Shown here: positions 6,988 to 10,615 of the stretch, piece after piece | Numbering within the stretch: position 1 is the first letter of the stretch | How the letters are laid out: every line of letters begins with the position of its first letter | NCBI GenBank assembly: GCA_034722055.1 | Contig: JAYENL010000110.1 | Coordinates: 1-10,615 of the forward strand | Reading direction: 5' to 3' | Source: Armatimonadota bacterium | GTDB taxonomy: Bacteria; Armatimonadota; Zipacnadia; Zipacnadales; UBA5352 | Length of the DNA stretch: 10,615 nt | The notes under the pieces: model-generated | The model's input: only the letters and a program-made list of their open reading frames with translations | Database searches by the model: none | Told to the model about the DNA's origin: nothing | Made by a program: the position numbers and the translations under genes

Positions 6988-7269
6988 GCGCCGGCCCCCT
7001 CGCGCACATCGCGCCCACTACGGCGAGCACCGAAATGGTCGCTCCAACGAACCAGAGGATGCCCGTTATCACCCATGGCTCAAGCAGGATCCAGGAAGCG
7101 ACAAGCGTCCCACCGCCGACATACACGATCTCCGTCCCGATGCCGATGACAATCCCCTGATAGCCTCGAGTTCCGTGAGGTGCGCGAGGAGATAGCCCAG
7201 CGGGCCGCCCAGGATAGTCCCCCAGGCGGCGAACCGCAGCGGCCTGCGCCACGCCTCGTCAACGCTCAC
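6980..7269 (-). pseudogene. Frameshifted Gly-rich membrane protein gene (~96 aa if repaired), paralog of 6586-6987
   Basis: GTG 7269 after GGGGGT reads VSVDEAWRRPLRFAAWGTILGGPLGYLLAHLTELEAI. The hydrophobic continuation GIVIGIGTEIVYVGGG..GPARE* is in another frame. Adding one G to the GGGG run (7154-7157) joins them. Could be a sequencing indel. Confidence 0.65.
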
Positions 7270-7293
7270 CGGGCACCCCCACGCGCGGTGCGC

Positions 7294-7596
7294 TCGATCG
7301 ATAATGCCCGCGATGCGGAAGGAGTTCTCCATGAAGTGCTTCCCGTCCTGGTAGTAGTCGGACCACGCTTCGGGGTGAAACTGCGTGCCGTAGACGGGGC
7401 GCTCGGAATGGGGCATGGCCTGGATTTCGCAGCTCCCGGTGCCGCCCAGGTGCAACCGGCCCGGCGGAAAGAGCGTCACGTAGTGCTGCATCGGCGCCGG
7501 GACGCCGGTCAGCTTCTCCAACCTGCCCTTGAGCTGGCCCTGGGAGCCGGCGTCATCGTGCTCCTCGGGACGCGCTGTTGAGACCATAAGGATCAT
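7294..7596 (-). pseudogene. Internally deleted class I glutamine amidotransferase (GMP-synthase-like GATase) remnant
   Basis: The C-terminal signature CEIQAMPHSERPVYGTQFHPE..GKHFMENSF is present, but the whole segment is only ~100 aa from ATG 7596. The oxyanion (SGG/PG) and nucleophile (GxCxGxQ) motifs are absent, and CGA (7296-7294) sits where a TGA stop would be expected. Confidence 0.7.
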
Positions 7597-7707
7597 CGAA
7601 GGCCCTGCAACCGGCGGCCCCGCAGGTCGGGCATCGCCCATCCGGCCGCGCATGTGATCACAGCGCGGCAGCCCTCGGCTGCCGCGCCGGCGCTCCGCCA
7701 TGGGGCG

Positions 7708-8352
7708 TCAGCCCTCTATGAACTCGGACAGGTCGATGCTCTCCCAGTCGATGGCGCGGTAGACCATCGGGGCCACCACCGCCCCGAACACCACGCCGGC
7801 GGCGATGGATGCGACGACACCGGGCCCCGAGACTCCCCACCACAGCCCCACGCTGCCCATCGCCATGAGCTTCAGCAGGGCCTCCACCACGATTCCCGTC
7901 ATGATCCCGCCCGGGATCGAGTGAGTGAGGACAGTCACGATGCCAACGATGGCGCCGGCGCCGGCGCCCATGACAAGCCCCAGCGCGAGTGCCGGCCACG
8001 GGCTGGCGTAGGCCTCCACGCCGCCGGCCAGCCAGCCCAGCACCATGATAACGACGCCGGTCGCGGCTCCATAGAGCACTCCAGCCATAGCCCCGTTGAA
8101 TGCCAGCTCCACCGGCTCGACCGTAGCCTTCTCCGGAGCTTCCGGGGCCTCGCCCTCGGGCGCCCCCGCCTCAGGGCCTTTGGCCTCGTCCTCCGCCGCC
8201 TCAGACTCGTCCCTCTTCTCGTCTGGAGCTTCTGGGTCTGCCATGTCATCCTCGCGCTGACTCGACTCCGCGGCAACAGGCACCTGCCACCCGCACTGGG
8301 GACAGGCCTCAGCATCGTCGGAGAGCACCTGATGGCACTGCGGACATCGCAT
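7708..8352 (-). CDS. Zinc-ribbon protein with acidic linker and Gly-rich multi-pass membrane domain, 214 aa
   Basis: N-terminal CPQC-x10-CPQCG; Glu/Pro/Ala-rich linker; about 4 hydrophobic GxxxG helices; SD AGGAGG at 8367-8362. Confidence 0.85.
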   Translation of the reverse strand: MRCPQCHQVLSDDAEACPQCGWQVPVAAESSQREDDMADPEAPDEKRDESEAAEDEAKGPEAGAPEGEAPEAPEKATVEPVELAFNGAMAGVLYGAATGVVIMVLGWLAGGVEAYASPWPALALGLVMGAGAGAIVGIVTVLTHSIPGGIMTGIVVEALLKLMAMGSVGLWWGVSGPGVVASIAAGVVFGAVVAPMVYRAIDWESIDLSEFIEG

Positions 8353-8442
8353 TCGCGCTCTCCTCCTCTGCTGCGATGTATGCGGCGAGCCTCGCTTACC
8401 TCTCTCCGGGCCTCAGCGCTCTTGGCCGCGAGTTGTCACACT

Positions 8443-8451
8443 ATTATACCA
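8443..8451 (-). promoter_or_regulatory. Extended -10 sigma70-type promoter for the zinc-ribbon/membrane-protein cluster
   Basis: Minus strand reads TG-G-TATAAT (perfect consensus) in an AT-rich patch ~90 nt upstream of ATG 8352. No consensus -35. Confidence 0.7.
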
Positions 8452-8461
8452 TTTCGGCACC

Positions 8462-8686
8462 CTACGTCCCCTCACCTGCCTGCGACTCCCCCGTTTCCTC
8501 GCGCTCGGGCTCCTCCTCTTCGACGCCCACTACATCAATCTCCTCGTCGATGGCTTCAATGTCGCTGAGCAGCAGAAGGGCCTTCTCCATGGCCATCTCG
8601 AAGCCCGCGTCGAAGCCCTGGCGGAAGCCGTCAGCAAAGCCCTCTGCGTATCCCCTCGCGAACTCTTTTCCCTGGGTGTCACCCAT
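8462..8686 (-). CDS. Small acidic protein with G(Y/F)xxG repeats (FliH/Yae1-like helix), 74 aa
   Basis: RGYAEGFADGFRQGFDAGFE periodic GxxxG motif followed by an acidic tail; GC3-biased codons; 24 nt downstream of the sulfatase stop; no good SD. Confidence 0.65.
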   Translation of the reverse strand: MGDTQGKEFARGYAEGFADGFRQGFDAGFEMAMEKALLLLSDIEAIDEEIDVVGVEEEEPEREETGESQAGEGT

Positions 8687-8710
8687 ATGTTACCACACTT
8701 TCGGGCCGTT

Positions 8711-10090
8711 TCAGGTGCGATCGCACAATCTTGTGCGGTATTCCCGCTGGAATGCCATCCCCGAGCGCTCCTTGAGCCCGTCGCGCTCAGGGACCACGTA
8801 GCGGGCGAACCACTCGTCCATCATCCCCGCCAGCTCCCGGCGCATGTCCTGGTACTCGGGATCGTCGGCCAGATTCTCCCGCTCATCGGGGTCGTCCGCC
8901 AGGTGGAAGAGGTCGTCCGGCCCGTGGGAGTGCCGGTAGACGTACTTCCACTGCTCGGTGCGGATCATGCGCACCGGTCCGTACTCGTCGTAGATGCAGA
9001 TGGACTCGGTGAGCTGCTCGCGCTCGCCGCGGAGGATGGGCATGAAGCTGCGGCCGGGCAGATTCTGCTGGACGGGGATCTCCAGGCCCAGGTGGTCCAG
9101 AAGCGTGGGGAGGAAGTCATAGGCTGACAGCAGCGCGTCACACACGCCCACGGGGATGCTGCCGGGCTGGCTGATCAGCGCGGGGATCTTGACCGAGTTC
9201 TCGTACATGTTCCGCGGCCAGGTGCCGTTGCCCTTGCCCCAGAAGCCGTGATGGCCGCACGAGAAGCCGTTGTCCGAGAAGAAGCAGATGACGGTGTCCT
9301 CGCGCAGGCCCAGCTCCTCGACGCGATCGATGATCCGCCCGATCCCGAGGTCCATGGCCGTGACCGCCGCGAAGTAGCCCTTCAGCGCCTCCCGGTTGCC
9401 CAGATTGTTCTCGGTCAGCGAGATGGCCCAGGGATGCATCTGTTCCTGAGGGCAGGAGTCGAATGGACAATCATCGTAGCTGTCCACGATCTCCTGGGGG
9501 TGCTGGTTGATCCACGGGCTGTGCGGCGCGGTGTAGTGCACGCTGAGGTAGAACTGCTCGTCAGCGTGGCGGTCGATGTAGCCCAGCGCCTCCTCGGTGA
9601 TGAGGTCCGTGACGTAGCCGTCATCGTCGATGGCCTCGCCGTCGCGCACCATGGGCGGGTTATTGTAGGGCCCGCCGCCGCGCTGGTGGGCGTACCAGAA
9701 GTCGAAGCCGTGCTGGGGGTGGAGGCTGTCGCCCATGTGCCACTTGCCCGAGAAGCCGCACTGATAGCCGTGCGCCGCCATGACATCCGTGTATGCCACC
9801 TCGTCATGAAGATACTCCACCGCGCCGGGACCGATGTTGCCCTCGTTTATCCACTCGTGGATTCCGTGCTGGCTGGGGATGCGGCCGGTCAGGAAGGTGG
9901 CCCGGCTGGGCGAGCAGACCGGGGTGGCGCAGAAGAAGTTATCCAGGCGGGTGCCGGTGTCGGCGAGTCGGTCGAGGTTGGGTGTGCGGATCTCGTCGTT
10001 GCCGTAGCATCCGGCCGCCCACGGCCCCTGATCGTCGCTGAGGATGAAGATGACGTTCGGTCTGTCTCGGCTGTCGCTCTGGTCGCTCAT
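8711..10090 (-). CDS. Cys-type (formylglycine-dependent) sulfatase, S1 family, probably cytoplasmic, 459 aa
   Basis: RPNVIFILSDDQG, signature CSPSRATFLTGR, GKWHMG, HYTAPHSPW, FFSDNG..HHGFWGKG, DDPDERENLA; SD GGGAGGG; no signal peptide. Confidence 0.95.
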   Translation of the reverse strand: MSDQSDSRDRPNVIFILSDDQGPWAAGCYGNDEIRTPNLDRLADTGTRLDNFFCATPVCSPSRATFLTGRIPSQHGIHEWINEGNIGPGAVEYLHDEVAYTDVMAAHGYQCGFSGKWHMGDSLHPQHGFDFWYAHQRGGGPYNNPPMVRDGEAIDDDGYVTDLITEEALGYIDRHADEQFYLSVHYTAPHSPWINQHPQEIVDSYDDCPFDSCPQEQMHPWAISLTENNLGNREALKGYFAAVTAMDLGIGRIIDRVEELGLREDTVICFFSDNGFSCGHHGFWGKGNGTWPRNMYENSVKIPALISQPGSIPVGVCDALLSAYDFLPTLLDHLGLEIPVQQNLPGRSFMPILRGEREQLTESICIYDEYGPVRMIRTEQWKYVYRHSHGPDDLFHLADDPDERENLADDPEYQDMRRELAGMMDEWFARYVVPERDGLKERSGMAFQREYRTRLCDRT

Positions 10091-10257
10091 GATCGCCCTC
10101 CCGGAGTCTCGGCTGCGCGCGCAACGAACATCTGGGACTTGCTCCGCGAACGCCCGGCTTGGAGAGCCGGACCTTGCTCACGACCTTCCGAGCCTCGCAT
10201 CGCCGGCTGTCTCTGCCGGCGACCCGCATCTGGATGCTGGCTCCGAACAGCTTTCGC

Positions 10258-10287
10258 TTGACGCGCGCCTTCGGACTGATGTATCGT
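10258..10287 (+). promoter_or_regulatory. Candidate sigma70 promoter divergent from the sulfatase
   Basis: TTGACG (10258-10263), 18 nt, then TATCGT (10282-10287). Confidence 0.5.
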
Positions 10288-10505
10288 GTCGGTCGCACCG
10301 CCAGCCACTTGGCTGCCACGCTGGCAGTTAGCTGGCAATTCGGCAGCGGCTGCGCCGTATCCTCCCGCCCGAGCGCACGATAAGGCGTTCTCGCACTGAC
10401 TCGCACAGCCTTCCGGCGCGCTCAGTGACGACTCGCGCAATTCGGTGCATGTTGACCACGAAGGCACTCGGCGCTCGGTTGCCTTGAAGATGCGCGGCGT
10501 GCCTG

Positions 10506-10575
10506 GTGGAGGGGCCGCCGGGCGCGCAGCGCCCGGTGAGGCCTGTGAGCGGAGCGAACAGGCCGAGGGTTCCAC
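10506..10575 (+). repeat. Outlying REP-like branched hairpin related to the unit at 6178-6227
   Basis: GTGGAGGGGCCGC..CGGGCGCGCAGCGCCCGG..TGAGGCCTGTG resembles GTGGAGGAGCCGC..CGGGTGCGCAGCGCGCGG..TGGGGCTGTG at 6178. Two arms (10517-10537, 10540-10564) can be closed by GTGGAG/TTCCAC. Confidence 0.6.
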
Positions 10576-10615
10576 GCCGGCCCAGGAAGCAGGTGTGCCC
10601 AGACAAACGGCGTGC

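Noticed and set aside
5755..7149. 464-aa plus-strand ORF and other ORFs across array B
   Set aside because: Low-complexity Arg/Gly/Pro translations of repeat DNA, partly antisense to real genes, with no GC3 bias or SD.
7069..7701. Single 210-aa protein as listed in the ORF track
   Set aside because: A chimera of intergenic sequence, the GATase remnant, the first half of a membrane gene and an out-of-frame tail.
9248..10261. 337-aa plus-strand ORF
   Set aside because: Antisense shadow of the sulfatase.
10576..10600. SRP RNA domain IV (AGGAAGCAG)
   Set aside because: Lacks the upstream CAGG-N-CC pairing and GNRA loop, and there is no long flanking helix.

Overview
High-GC (~70%) bacterial chromosomal window. 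Genes in order: a minus-strand beta-propeller glycoside-hydrolase-like gene (387-1757); a divergent plus-strand run encoding a secreted VIT+vWA protein, a hemerythrin/HHE protein and an Fe/Mn superoxide dismutase with two plausible starts; then a convergent minus-strand block with a Cys-type sulfatase, a small acidic GxxxG-repeat protein, a zinc-ribbon membrane protein, an internally deleted class I glutamine amidotransferase remnant, and two paralogous Gly-rich membrane proteins (one frameshifted). The most unusual content is non-coding. Two mosaic arrays of REP-like hairpins (~34-350 and ~5720-6570) and an outlying copy (~10506) share one design: a 5' GTAG/GGAG/GTGG tetramer, a GC-rich hairpin of variable sequence, and often a 3' (G)CCGTTG(TCGTC) tail. 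Several units carry tandem G.A motifs or GC-GNA-GC loops, which suggests ssDNA structure. No transposase, cas gene, rRNA or tRNA was recognised. All family calls come from motif reading only; no database search was run.
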